A DNA stretch of 42,814 bases from positions 1 to 42,814 of the forward strand of contig JAUCBJ010002412.1 in assembly GCA_032718475.1 (NCBI GenBank). The letters are read 5' to 3'. This DNA is from Nemertoderma westbladi (Eukaryota; Animalia; Xenacoelomorpha). The notes under the pieces were generated by a model. The model saw nothing but the letters and a program-made list of their open reading frames with translations, was not told where the DNA came from and searched no databases. The stretch's first letter is position 1. Each line of letters opens with the position of its first letter. Below are positions 11,940 to 24,509 of this stretch, piece after piece. A program made the translations under genes and the position numbers.

Positions 11940-12430
11940 GAATCATGGAATGTTTTGGCACAGGCATAGTGAAACCAACTGTCCGACAGACCAGAAATCA
12001 ACAAATTTTGAATGTTTTGGCATAGGCATGTTGAAATCAACTGTCTGACAGTCCAGAAATCAGCAGTCTGACAGTTTGAAGAAATACATACATAAAAAGT
12101 CATTAAAAGGACAATAAAAGTCATTAAAAGGACAACAAAAGTCATTATGCACAATTCGTAAAAAAAAGGAGGACAAAAAAGTCAAATAAAAGGACATAAA
12201 AAATCACTGCCATTTGATAATCAACAATCATTACCAAGTCGTCAACCTTACTTTAAGGCATCATGGGTTGTCTGGGATGCTGATCACGAATGTGACACTC
12301 AAAATATTGTATTATCCAACCAAATTATATTTTTGCCGTTTGAAATTTTATCTACTTGTATTTTTCGTCCAAGCAGATAAGCACCAAAAATGATAGTTGT
12401 TACCTTACCATGTATGATTTTAACGAGATT
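11940..12430 (+). repeat. Short tandem arrays plus dispersed repeat copy 2
   Basis: GAATGTTTTGGCA..CAACTGTC x2, AAAAGTCATTAAAAGGAC-type units, then the paralogue of 830-1010. Confidence 0.7.
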
Positions 12431-12678
12431 TTAACATGATCAGCGACCTTGAAAACCAGTAGCTTCAGAATTACCAAACCAATGGTAACAGTTTGTAATT
12501 TTTTGCCACTTGTACTTTTCGTTCTGGGGCACCAGAATGGTACCAAATATTTTTATTTTTTTTGAATTTTTAAAATTTTAATTTTACACAATTACATAGT
12601 ACAATAGCCCGGGCCAGATATGGTTAAGCGGCTAGGAACGCAGAATTAGACTGCATGGCCGACCTACAACTGTACTGC

Positions 12679-13921
12679 TGTTCGCGCTTTCAGACCTTTG
12701 GCAGTTTAACCCGCCAAATTAGGATGTCTTCTAGATAATAAATCACCTTTAGTCTATGACAAGTATTTAATTCACTACACTAGTCGAAACCAATCTGTGC
12801 GCGATCATTCACCCGCTGGATATACCCGGGAGATTGGGTTCGACGGCTTAATTTTATTGCTATGTAAGCCTAATGTATTATTCGACTGACAGTATTATAT
12901 AATCTCTGACAATATTATTCACCTTCGGGAAATATTAACAGTTCCTTTAGGACGTGGCGCTCTATCTATACAAACAGAGTTATGACTTAAACTACTCACA
13001 ACGATATGGCTTAGTTACAATTCACATATATGGCGCATTCTTTAGGAAATGCTTCGTTATCAGTCTCACTCATACACAATGCTGCACAATACTGCACACT
13101 GATCTGCCGATCTTCACTGATTTTAGTCACATATAAAAGGAACACGGACCGAATCATGTAGGGTCTATCAAATAACATTAGATTCACTTCAAACCACTCA
13201 ACATAGGTCGCAATCATTTATCTGTAACCTTTCTCTCTTACCTTCGGTATATCAAGAATATTGGGTTTTCGGGGTTATTTGTCGTTATTCCAAATATAAT
13301 AATTCATCAACCATATTATGAAGAACTGACAGTAAATAGCAGTATAACAATATAAAAGTATGCACAGTGTTACACAGTATGCAGTGTATGCAGTACTGCA
13401 GTATGCAGTATGCAGATAACGGATATATGTCCTTATAATTAAGCCTACTAGTGTAGGGCTAAAGCAGAAAAGCACAAAATACTCTAAAGCCGTTCTTCCT
13501 GGCTTAGAATCACCAACAACACTGATAAGAATAACTATAAGAATACCAGCTACCCTTATTCCACGAAGCTCCCGTTCAACACAGAGAAAGAGCAGTGAGA
13601 TAGGAAAATTTCAGTTCAGTAGATCTGTGATAGGTCAAAATCAAGGCTAACTCAAATTCTATTGGCAGATACAGAAAGTTGCAACGTGGCAATATCAGCC
13701 GTTAGCCGTCGTCATGGTAGCGACACTGTTTTCAAGAGTATCGAGCCTTTTACGTCACGAAATTACAGATTATGTCCTCTAAAGTACAAATACAGAAGAA
13801 ATGGCTTTTATGTCCTCCAAAACACCAGTACAGCAAGGACACGGCCTTTTTATGCCTGGTAAACCAACCACAGAGTACTTTACGGGGATAATAACCGGCT
13901 AATTACGCAAAAGCTTTTACA
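12679..13921 (-). repeat. 3' LTR
   Basis: Matches 24706-25948 at offset 12027. One mismatch seen (A13841 vs G25868). Confidence 0.97.
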
Positions 13922-13929
13922 CCGCTCCC
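13922..13929 (-). promoter_or_regulatory. Short polypurine tract (GGGAGCGG) abutting the 3' LTR
   Basis: Minus strand reads ..TTTTCT GGGAGCGG|TGTAAAAG at the expected position; it is short. Confidence 0.55.
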
Positions 13930-16159
13930 AGAAAATGGGATTTAAGTCTATAAAATATAACAAATCACAGTTTCTAAAATATAAAGATACTCTAAACAGT
14001 TAGTCTTTCTTACGCAGACGGCGTTTACGCAGTTTTTTGAGGCTAGCAAGAGTCCTTTTCTCTTTGGGGGGAGCCACTTTACTAGGAGGGCCATAACTCC
14101 TGGGTGAAGGGTGCAATATGATTGCATCAGAAGGTGTAGGATTATGGTCGAGGTATCTGCCGTTTCGATATGCTTCTCCTCGAGCTGATTTTCCTCCGCT
14201 CGTAGCTGGATACGTTCATCCAAAAACTCTCGCAGAGAATAGGATCGTCCAAGTTCGATAACTTCTTAGAGATTCTGGATTTCCCGATCGAACTGAGATA
14301 TAGTTACTTTGTTGACCGCTTGGTCTTGCTAGTGCAATTTATGTTTATCTGAACAAGCGTAAGTTCTTTTTTGATCTTTATAGAATAGCGTTTAACTCGT
14401 TTCGTACAACGCTCTCCTTCACCTTGATGAAGGGTTATATCGCGTTAAACGGGGACGACCATACGGTTGGATAGTGATATTAGGTGTCCGCGTCACAATC
14501 CGGCTAGGTAAGATGGGCGGCTAGCTAGAAATCACTGTCGGAGTGTTACCGATTAATTGTTAGGGTAGCACTAGATCTTTGAACAGTGAATACAGTCCGC
14601 GAGGATCCGCGACACCACCAGGATCGCAGGTCTGAGGTCCAACTAAGGAATGAGGAGGTTTGACCGAGTATTCCGGGACTCTGATCGTAGGTTTACTCCA
14701 GGATCGTTCGAGCCGAGTGAGCATAGGTGATACGTCAAACAAGTTTCGCTCGAAACTCCAGTAAATATAACGAGCACAACTGTGTTTAACACAACGTTTC
14801 CGTGGATGTTTATGTCTTTCCGTTTATTAGTTGGGTCTAGGGCATTTATCGTAATAATACCAAAGACGCACGTCTGGTAGGGGAAACGCGGGTGATATTT
14901 ATTTGTTGTTACAATGCTTCTATCAAGAATTCCAAATATACGTTGGAGTTACCGCGTTTATTTGTTTCTTTAGTGTCTTTTCTTTCGAGTCGATTTCGAA
15001 TAGAATTTTCGCATTCGAATTTCAGTTTATGGTTCCGACTCCGCTGGGCAGGATATATAGTCGACATAGTCCGTATTATGTAAATCGATAGGATGACCAG
15101 TAGTTAAGAAGACCATATACGTACCATTACGCTGCGTATATCGAGCAGCGAATTTTCTATAGTCCAACTCGCGCGAGCTGCTCTTGGGACATTGGCGGTT
15201 CGATATAACGACCATCGTCCTCCGCAGCAGTTGGACTAACGTCGCTGCGTATTAAGCTATCAACAAACGCTTGTAAAAGTAGAGTATATCGCTCCCCGAT
15301 ACCAAGAACATCTTCTATCAACTCCGTCATATCTGCTATATATGAGTTTATCCATATTATAATGAGTTTATATTTAGGCTAGCGAGCGTCGCTGCCTACC
15401 CCAATCAGCCCCCGGACAGTGCGAGATCCTCAGCGCCGATGTGTCGTCGCCGCTGTACTTTCGCCAACGACGTAGCCGCACAACGACAACGACAACCGGC
15501 ACAAGTCACTCGACTGTCCGTCCCAAAGGCTTAGATACACCTCAGGTTCTTACTGGAGAGTTAGGGTTACTTTCACAATTGCGACTCGCTACTGTAAACA
15601 CACCTTAGTAGTAACATTCGCCTATAAACTCACAAATACCACACACACAACTTGTCACAAATTACACACACTCGGGCCATTTGTCCGTTAGTCAATGCCT
15701 TCCAGAATGTCACTGTATTATTATGTATCCTTGGATACTAGCAGTGCGCTATTTATTCCCTATGCTATTCAATGGGACAAGCTTTCTATTGTTCTTTTAA
15801 CTCAATTCTAATTCTAGCGTGGTTGTTGCTATGGTGACATTATGTAAAGCTAGCGGTAGAATTAGGATAATTCCAATGCATACAGATCTGGGATGTTATT
15901 TAATAGTAATTCTTTAATGGTCAATGTCCTGTTTTATACATGGCTTTATGAATTTTATCGGCTATTGACTATGTTTGGGAGACTTTCGCACACTCATACG
16001 CATAATAAGATAAATCTCCGCTCCCTTGATCTATTAATTAATGGAATTTTGGGAATGTTATAAATTGCGTAAAAATGGCAATTTATTAAATTCATTAAAA
16101 GGCATGAATTTAAATTTATTCCCTGAAATTTTATTATTTGATAATTAAATTGACATATT

Positions 16160-16470
16160 TTGATTCTAGAACATGTCTGGGGACACAAGATCCTTAATTC
16201 TATGAAAATTGTCCTTTTAAGAATGTCGGTAAATGCTACGATATCTTAATTGACTAGAATTGTTGAAGGATCTGAATTTTACAGATTTTGATTTATTAGA
16301 TTTGCAAATATTAAATAATTAATATTTGAGATGGGCACCAATTTATTCCAGAACTTGTCTGGGGACGTTAACCACTGATTCTAGAATTTGTCTTTCAAGT
16401 ATATCGGTGGGTGCCGCGATATCTTAATCGACTAGAATTACAGATGGTCAAAGGGTTTAACAGATTTATT
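16160..16470. repeat. Diverged direct repeat (~130 bp, offset ~182) in the element's 3' region
   Basis: TTC(T/C)AGAAC.TGTCTGGGGAC...CGATATCTTAAT.GACTAGAATT...ACAGATTT occurs twice. Confidence 0.75.
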
Positions 16471-16989
16471 TTGCGTGATACGCTACTGTTAAAGGGACAT
16501 CACGCTACTATATGTATTATTTAATATACGGTATGAGAGCAATATCGCACGAAGCAATGTCAGTGTGAAGAGGCAAGTCGTTTCCAAGGTCTACCCAGAG
16601 CTTGGTTTAGCCGAGACACGAGGATCTGAACTTTGCATTCCTAATACTCTGCCTACCAATAATACTTAAATATAGTAGTGGCTTTATTGTACTTTAATAA
16701 GTACGGACATTTCATCTTACTGTAGTCACGTATTTATAATATGATACGGACAGTAAGGAAAGAGGAAAAGAATTATTTCTTGCCGTCGCATTAAATATAA
16801 TATATACGTAATTAAGTAATAAACGCGAATATATATTGCACTAATCTACTAAATAATCGCTAAAATAACATTCTACTGAATAAAATTAAAGAAAACGATT
16901 ATAAAAAAATTACATAGTAATACATACAGAAATATAAAAATAATAAAATAATATAAAATAATAGAGTCACACACCCACTCCATATGTTG

Positions 16990-19900
16990 TTACGTTATGG
17001 AGTCCCTAGATGTTTGAAGGATTAGGGAGGTGGTCGTGGGAAGAGAATCTTGCCTTCCACAGTTTCCGGAGAGTCCTCCATTCCCTTCCGGTAAACACAA
17101 ACGACCGACTGGGTGATTGAGTCGCTGCATCCCGAATACAATTCCAGGTTTCCTCTTCGTCCTGGAATAGTGACGATAGAAACATCGCTCTAAGTACACG
17201 ACGGCCTTACAAAGCCGATTCCAGGAGCTATAGTGGTCCGTCGCTCCCTGCAGGAGAGGTGAGAGTCCCTGCGAGACGTCTGATGTTCCAGAGCTCCAAT
17301 CGCTCTCTCTGATCTTCATGAAGGATCCACTCGCGGTGGTGAGGTCCAGATCCACGGCGTCGTCCCTGGCAATATGTAATACCGACAGATCTATCCCGGG
17401 TTCAAATAACTCCGCTCCACCCGTCCGGGTTTTAGGTTTAACTTTCTCCGCTCCCTTGGCTGGTCTAATCTCAGTCGGAGTAAGATGGGGAGGCCATTCA
17501 TCCTCCTTACTCAGGAAGTCGGGTTCACCTAACCGGTCTGTAGTATCTGTCAGTTCTTGAGGAGTTGCTCCTCTGGAAGCGATGTCAGTTGTATTCATCG
17601 TCTTGGGGCAATATCTCCATTGATCTACATTGGAGTTAAGATTGTCATTATCTGAGGAGTGTGGTGTTCCCTCAGTTGGGTCGTCTCCCTCACTAGTATC
17701 ATCTTCCCATTCACTCACCTGGCAGACGCGATCTTGAAGCAGTCTTTCCCTGAGCGTTCTACGGGAAGGTCCAGTAAGGTACCAACCTACTCTAGTTCTT
17801 ACCGCATAGGTCTGAAGTGGTTGCGGTTGAGCAGGTCGTTTCTCCAATGTCTCCAGCGCCTCATGCGCGTTTTGACCGATTAATATTTGTACTCCAGGAT
17901 AATCGGTGTCGAATCTAGGAATGTTAAGTCGTTGGGCATGATCAACTTTGTCCCAATTATAAGGTTCCACTTGGGTGGTAGCGAAGTTCTTTATTGCCAC
18001 CATTTTGACTGACCTTATACTGTATTCTCCTAGTTTATCCTGTGGAGTGGACAACTCACCTATATAATAGTCGGCAGCTACAGTAGAATTCCAAACCTGC
18101 ATGATCCCTGACATGTTTAGCTTGGTTCGGAACTTGGGTTGTCCAGCAAAGATGACTTCGGCTAGTTCTTTATCGATGAATGTTCCTGTGCTACCGGAGT
18201 CCAGGAGGGCGTTCACTATATAGCTCTTCTGAGGTCCGTGGACCCGTAACTGGACTACAGGAAATTCTCGGATTCCTATATTGGAAGTTGGCGCTTTCCA
18301 AGATGGTTGTTGATCAGAAGTAGTTAAGGTAAGGTCGCTGTCTGTATCTTCCTCATGCACGAGTGCTCGATACACTGCAGTGGTGTTTATTAGGTAACAG
18401 GATTCGTTTTGGTCGGAGAACTCGTCCGTATAGAATCCTTCCATCTCAGATTGATCAGTGTCGTTCACATCACTGAATTGGACATGTAGTTCGGACTCAC
18501 TTACCTGACTCGGGCTGTTTCGTTCGAATTCCGTGTGCAACAAGATATGATGTTTTGCGCCGCACTTTGCACACCTTGCGTCGGAGTAACAGGTTCGCCG
18601 TTGGTGTCCTCGTCTGAGGCAATTATAACACAACCGCTTATCCCACATGACTTCACGTCTATCCTTTAGTGATTTCCTCAGGAATTTATCACACGCATTT
18701 AAACGGTGGGGCCCGTCGCACAGCACACATTTCGGCTTGATGTTACTTACTTTAACCTGTGCTATGTGGTGCACACTTGTTCTTTCCTCGGGCTTTCTCA
18801 CCTGAATTCTTTTAGGAGACGTAGGAAGGGTTTTTTGTACCGGTTCCCTTCTGTCATTGGTTCGAGACTCGGATTTACTTACCTGATCTTTAGGCATTTT
18901 ATTGACATAATAAGATCTGTCAGTGTCTTTCCCGCTGTCCTCTCCTTGAGAAGTTTGGCTTTCACCGTCGTCGGTATAACATACTGGTGTTACCCTTCTC
19001 CTAGAAACGGGTTTCTCACTTACCTTACTTTCCGCTGTCTTCTCTCTGGACTGCTTTATGAGCTGTAATTTCACCTCGCTATCCAAGAATGACATGAGAT
19101 CAGCCATGGTAGGGTCTCGTTGTTGTTGTTCCATCATATATAACACCTTCTTGTCCCAGCGTGTACCTACTCCACCCTTGGGCAAAGTAGATGCTAAGGC
19201 TCCTACAACCATAGAATTCTGGTATTCATGAGACTTACCTAACCAATCTAGTTGTCTACAGATCTCCTGAATCTCATCGGAAAACTCTATAATCCCGCTG
19301 CTAAGAAACTTTCGGGGCGCCATTAATTTCGCATATAAATACCTAGCTATGTTAGTCCTATTACCATACCTGATGTTTAGTGTATCCCAAACTTGTCTTA
19401 ATCCATCTGGATGTCCAATAAATTTTAACGCCATTGACTTGGGAGATCCTTCCAAGCACTCGATGAGGTATCTAAGTTTTTCTCCATTAGATAGTACAGA
19501 GTTCTGTATGTTATCTTTGTAATATTCATTAAAAGGTAACCATTTCATCTCATCTCCATTGAACTTGACGATCTCTCCCACCTTTACCGCTTGCCGGGCT
19601 TCGGTTCTAGCCATTTGACGCGTAAAACTTTCTTGGGCCATCGTGTTATTTAATATCGAGTTATCGGTATATAAATTTCTCGGATTATGATCAGTTCTAT
19701 AGGGAATGTCATTATCAACAGGTCTATAATTACCCTTAATAGGGTTCACTATAGGAGTTTCTACTTCGCTAGCAGTATAGATGCGTGTAGGCTCCACACC
19801 TTGCGCATGCGATACTTCAGACCTAACAGGTTGACACATTGTTACAGAGGGTGGTGGTATACCCCTTTGAGTATTTACTAATTTATCACGTTCTAGCGCG

Positions 19901-20898
19901 ATACTTTGCTGCACTTCTTGCAACTCTAGCCTACTTTCTCTTACTGTGCCCTTGAATTGCTGGACAGTCTCCTGCATCTGCCCGAGCAGGAGATCCATCC
20001 CCCGCCGTCTCTCGTCCACCCATTCGACCGCCGAAGCGGGAGTCGCCAACGTTGTAGCGGGCGGACGAGGGACCACGGGCGACAAATCAGGAATATTTCG
20101 CTCGGGTTCCAGGACCTGAACTGTCTCCTGGGCAGTTCTACGGGGCACAGGTAGCTTAGTGCTATGCAGAGGGAATTTAGAGGTAGTTTCAGGGAGCACA
20201 GGTGTGTCTATCACCGAAGGGGTGATTTCAAGAACAGGCCTAATTATTTCAGGCTCATCTACTATAGTAGGGAGTCTTTCTATTTTAATTATTTGGTCTG
20301 TGGGTTCTGTACTACCTAAGTTGGTGTTATTTAGTTGCCTTCTAACAGCTGGAGGCAAATCAGGCAATTTCTGACGGTGGAATGTTCTTTTACGTCTGCT
20401 TAGACGAGATCTATTTCCTTTGCCTTCAGTATCGGTGGTATCGCCTTCCTCAGATGATGTATCGCTTGCGTCCTTCTGGGCTCCTCTCTGATGACTCCGA
20501 GGCGCACCCATGAGGCGGACGCTGTCCCACCACCCTTGGGGCCAGTCCGACTGATGTTTTATCAGACCGGGCCGGAGGGTAGCCCGATGCTTCCCGGGTT
20601 CACTTTTCAATCCCCCGATCACACCGGCACAACTCGTCGGTGTAGCCAGATGGTCGGCTACTGTCAACTTGCTGTGGCCTGACTGTACATTGAGCCAACT
20701 CAGAGAGTCAACCGGCGGGTGGACCAGTCGATAGCGATCGAGCATCAAGGTCGCCCTTGAGCCAAACCGACGGTCTTGTCCCAAGTGGGCTTGCGCTACC
20801 CAACATGGAATATTGACCGTTTTCACCCGCCTCGCCGGCAGTATTGAGGGGAAGTCGGTTCCACAAACAATACTGACTAGCTCGAAAGCTAGGAACAA
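16990..20898 (-). CDS. BEL/Pao Gag-protease polyprotein; RT, RNase H core and integrase deleted (true start uncertain)
   Basis: DUF1759-like KFNGDEMKWLPF..EKLRYLIECLEG; triple zinc knuckle CVLCDGPHRLNAC / CYNCLRRGHQRRTC / CAKCGAKHHILLH; aspartic protease ALLDSGSTGTFI; AVRTRVGWYLTGP. After that only the Pao RNase H tail QWRYCPKTMNTTDIASRG and YSSWNRL. Confidence 0.9.
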   Translation of the reverse strand: MFLAFELVSIVCGTDFPSILPARRVKTVNIPCWVAQAHLGQDRRFGSRATLMLDRYRLVHPPVDSLSWLNVQSGHSKLTVADHLATPTSCAGVIGGLKSEPGKHRATLRPGLIKHQSDWPQGWWDSVRLMGAPRSHQRGAQKDASDTSSEEGDTTDTEGKGNRSRLSRRKRTFHRQKLPDLPPAVRRQLNNTNLGSTEPTDQIIKIERLPTIVDEPEIIRPVLEITPSVIDTPVLPETTSKFPLHSTKLPVPRRTAQETVQVLEPERNIPDLSPVVPRPPATTLATPASAVEWVDERRRGMDLLLGQMQETVQQFKGTVRESRLELQEVQQSIALERDKLVNTQRGIPPPSVTMCQPVRSEVSHAQGVEPTRIYTASEVETPIVNPIKGNYRPVDNDIPYRTDHNPRNLYTDNSILNNTMAQESFTRQMARTEARQAVKVGEIVKFNGDEMKWLPFNEYYKDNIQNSVLSNGEKLRYLIECLEGSPKSMALKFIGHPDGLRQVWDTLNIRYGNRTNIARYLYAKLMAPRKFLSSGIIEFSDEIQEICRQLDWLGKSHEYQNSMVVGALASTLPKGGVGTRWDKKVLYMMEQQQRDPTMADLMSFLDSEVKLQLIKQSREKTAESKVSEKPVSRRRVTPVCYTDDGESQTSQGEDSGKDTDRSYYVNKMPKDQVSKSESRTNDRREPVQKTLPTSPKRIQVRKPEERTSVHHIAQVKVSNIKPKCVLCDGPHRLNACDKFLRKSLKDRREVMWDKRLCYNCLRRGHQRRTCYSDARCAKCGAKHHILLHTEFERNSPSQVSESELHVQFSDVNDTDQSEMEGFYTDEFSDQNESCYLINTTAVYRALVHEEDTDSDLTLTTSDQQPSWKAPTSNIGIREFPVVQLRVHGPQKSYIVNALLDSGSTGTFIDKELAEVIFAGQPKFRTKLNMSGIMQVWNSTVAADYYIGELSTPQDKLGEYSIRSVKMVAIKNFATTQVEPYNWDKVDHAQRLNIPRFDTDYPGVQILIGQNAHEALETLEKRPAQPQPLQTYAVRTRVGWYLTGPSRRTLRERLLQDRVCQVSEWEDDTSEGDDPTEGTPHSSDNDNLNSNVDQWRYCPKTMNTTDIASRGATPQELTDTTDRLGEPDFLSKEDEWPPHLTPTEIRPAKGAEKVKPKTRTGGAELFEPGIDLSVLHIARDDAVDLDLTTASGSFMKIRESDWSSGTSDVSQGLSPLLQGATDHYSSWNRLCKAVVYLERCFYRHYSRTKRKPGIVFGMQRLNHPVGRLCLPEGNGGLSGNCGRQDSLPTTTSLILQTSRDSIT

Positions 20899-21715
20899 GT
20901 AACCACTTACCAGTCACTGTACACGTGTACTCAACAGATGTTCACAATATCAAGTACACTACGGTAAACACAAAATCTGACGCATACCACGCACACACAG
21001 AGGACATAATCGGGGAAGACAAAATCGGTGACAAAATCAGAGGGGACAAAATTGTATCGACTAATAAAAGTCGAGAGTACTTTATTTTACCGACAGGGTA
21101 AAATAACTTTGTGTGCACAAAGTATGCTGGGGCGCAGTAAAATATGGTCCTACTAATAACCGGCGGCGACTGAACCAACCGGCAAGGTTTCCCACACTCA
21201 CTCGCAGTGGCCATACATACACTCACGTATACCACGTACACACACAAACCACAGATTCCAGAGTATCATTCACTCGGACCACACTACAACACCAACCCCT
21301 CCTTGCAGCCGATATTCCGGGTGCCACCTCCATTCCAATAGTAGTACCAACAGAATCATCAGAACCTGTCCATTCTGATGCAACACCTCCATTCCAATAG
21401 TGCTACCCTGGGAAAAAACACGTTTTGGCAACCGATCGGAGACAGTACAGAGTCTGGTCAACTCATACATACCAAACATAGACCTACCACATAAACCACA
21501 TAAACCACAGATCACACTAAGCCACCACCCCTACTGTGTACAGGACTGGCAGTACGGCAACAGGCCGACTAGACGGTACCACGGCACCATGTTGATTCAT
21601 GGTTCGTAAGACACGAGGGCCTTCAGTAACTCCCCTGCACTATAAAGACGATTTAACGTGCCCCCAGACCCTCACGAGTCCGCCGCCGCCTGTTAGGGAC
21701 ACCCCTATAGAGACC

Positions 21716-22327
21716 TCACCTCTTTGGGTATCCCTGCCTTTTGGGAGTAGATCGATTCATCATCTGCATATTGCTAGCTGTTAACTGTTTATTTATGCAG
21801 TCTTGATTCTCCTGAATGTTTTCCAATTCTAACTGGGTGATTTCTTTAGTAGCTCTCCGTTCTGCTTCTGCTACTGCCTCTGCCACTTTTCTTTCCGCTT
21901 CGGCCTCTGCCTTTGCTGCTGCTACTGCCGCTTTTGCCTCTGCCGCTGCCACTGCCGCTGCCGCTGCCGCTTTTGTTTCTGCTTCTGCAGCTGCCACTGC
22001 TGCTGCTACTGCCGCTGCCTTTCTGTCTTCTATACGTTTTTTCTTTACTTGTTCTTCCTGGACTCGTGTGATGCGGAGTTGTTCATCAAATTTAGCCTGA
22101 TTCGCAGCCCTCATTTCCACATCGATGGCATCCAACACAAGCTTGGTTCCTTCACTATTAGGGCTAAGTCCCTCTAACCTTCTCCTCAACTCGTCATCAC
22201 CTAAAAAACGTTGATAGTCTGACAGATAAATGTCAATGGCATCCCTCTTATGCGGTTTCTCTGCTGTCACTTCGCTCTCGGTTGTATCTAGTAGACTGTC
22301 TGACAGGTTCTGCTTTGCGTCAGACAT
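21716..22327 (-). CDS. Upstream ORF of the LTR element, Ala/Glu/Lys-rich coiled-coil, 203 aa
   Basis: ATG start, uninterrupted frame, protein-like N-terminus and AAAEAKAA repeats; same strand as gag. Confidence 0.65.
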   Translation of the reverse strand: MSDAKQNLSDSLLDTTESEVTAEKPHKRDAIDIYLSDYQRFLGDDELRRRLEGLSPNSEGTKLVLDAIDVEMRAANQAKFDEQLRITRVQEEQVKKKRIEDRKAAAVAAAVAAAEAETKAAAAAAVAAAEAKAAVAAAKAEAEAERKVAEAVAEAERRATKEITQLELENIQENQDCINKQLTASNMQMMNRSTPKRQGYPKR

Positions 22328-22458
22328 GCTTGGTTGTACAGTTGAATGCCTACTGCTATATTACAGTCCAAGCAAGTCTAGTAATTCAGTATTAACTGCT
22401 AGCCTAGTAATTAATTACCGATACTGCTACTCAGTGTAGCGTGATATATAATATATTA

Positions 22459-22826
22459 GAATACCGGTATGCTTATAGTATATATAACTATTATCACAGA
22501 CTAGGTTTATCACAGAATACCGGTATAATTTTAGCACAAATATATATAAATATATAATAGGCCTATCGGAATACCGGTATACAGCTTACAGTTTGTAGTA
22601 TATATAATTCTGGACTAGAATTAATTACAAGTACCGGTATAATTTCAGCCTAAATTTATAGAAATAAAGATAATAGGCCTATCGTAAATACCGGTATGCA
22701 GTTTACACTTATAGTATATATATATAAGTATAATTACAAACTAGAATTAATTACAGAATACCGGTATGATTTCAACCTAAAATTTATAAAAATAAATATA
22801 ATAAGCCTATTGTAAATACCGGTATA
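22459..22826. repeat. Tandem array in the element leader (~60-bp subunits, ~120-bp higher-order unit, TACCGGTA-anchored)
   Basis: TACCGGTAT recurs seven times with two alternating spacer types. Confidence 0.85.
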
Positions 22827-23764
22827 TCAATTATTTTAAATAACTGAATTTCTGAATTTTAAGGGTTACTTGGTTACTTTAACTTACTTTATTGCCGTTA
22901 TTTAAGCAGTAGTCCAACTGATATTGAGACCTAATTGTTGTATGGCAGGCCTACTATTTATAAATCGTTTGAGTTGATTTATAATATATATATACCCGTT
23001 TTAATGGGTTTTGTCAATGTTGAAATAAATGTTATTATTTCTGGGGAGTAATCACTACACAAAGCGGTGCGCTTTCAGTGAAGTGTTACTTATAGGACAC
23101 TAAAACGAATAATGCTAATTTACCTAAGTTACTTAATACTACAAATTACGTACAATTCGGGTGAGATTACAATCTCTAAATAAACACAAAATTTTACAAA
23201 AACACAAAATACGAATTTTTTAGGGTAATTTTACAAGAAGTCTACAAACCAGCTTAACAAAGGGTTAGAAAACTGGTTATTACAACAGACAGGGTACTGC
23301 GGTTATTTGAAAATAATACGTAGTAGTAAATACACTGCGTTGTCCAGATAGGAAAATACCACCGCCTGACGACCTATAGTCGTATCGCTACAGGTACTAC
23401 GTTATGTATCACGGAGTGTTCCTACCTAGAAGTTAATAGAGCTAATCGAACGTGCCTATCAACCACTTTACAACACAAATATAATGCCTACACTAATTAC
23501 TTTCGGAAAGCACTGTACACTAAACCCTAAATTAGGTACGAGTACTTGTACAACATATAATCTGTAGTTAAATATACTTGAACAGCTAAAAGAACCACGG
23601 CATCTGCTGGAGTGACCGATGCACAAAATCACCAGTCTTTACCTACGCCAAGCAGCCCGTGTAGTACTGGGGTTAATTTAACTATAGCGGTATGTATAAC
23701 AAACACAATTACTGTAGGAACAAACTTGGGGAATGAATGTTGCGAATAATCGCATAAACTCTGA

Positions 23765-24340
23765 ATAATAAATATTACGCTACGCTTACAAACTACTCAA
23801 ACAAAATGCAGACCGAACACTGACAGACTACTATCAAGCCTAAACAAACTACGGTATATGCAGACTCCGAAATAATTAGGTAGTATGCGTTCTAACCCAG
23901 TAGTACGACTTATTCTTTAGTTGGGGGTTTACCTTACAGCATTCGCTGCCCCTACTTCCTAACCGTTCTTTATCGGACAAGTGATCTACACACGCTGCAA
24001 TCCGTTCAGACCTAATAACAGCCAGACAACTATCCAGCCTACAAATTATCTAAATAAATATTATACGCTACCCGTACAGACTTACACAAACAAAGTACAG
24101 ACTCAACGATGGCAGACTACTCTCAAGCCTAAATAAACTACAGGACATGCAGACTCCGAAATGATTAGGGAGTATGCGTTCTAACCCAATAGTACGACTT
24201 ATTCTTTAGTTGGGGGTTTACCTTACAGCATTCGCTGCCCCTACTTCCTAACCGTACTTAATCGGACAGGTGATCTACACACACTGCAATCCGTTCGGAC
24301 CTAACAGCAATCAGACAACAGCTCAGCCTACAAATCGTCT
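23765..24340. repeat. ~289-bp tandem duplication in the element leader
   Basis: CAGACTACT.TCAAGCCTAAA..GTATGCGTTCTAACCC..CCTTACAGCATTCGCTGCCCCTACTTCCTAACCG begins at 23824 and 24113. Confidence 0.9.
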
Positions 24341-24509
24341 GTACAATCTGATCAGGTTTACACGCCTTCTGTTCAATACTGGCCTACAAATAAATAAAAC
24401 TGACAGAAATAGGCCTAAGTAAAATCCCAATAAAAACCAGGCGTCCCCGATTAATTATTAAGACCTACCGGCATATATAATCAAATCGAATAATACTGCT
24501 GTACTTATA

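Noticed and set aside
12954-13862. Short ORFs duplicated at 24981-25889
   Set aside because: Chance ORFs inside the LTRs; their identity only reflects LTR identity.
13948-15360. Alternative genetic code (TAA/TAG read as Gln) to explain the interrupted frame
   Set aside because: TGA stops also interrupt it, and other genes in the window end normally at TAA/TAG.
21816-22100. Ala/Ser-rich plus-strand ORF
   Set aside because: Antisense shadow of the GCN-repeat ORF at 21716-22327.
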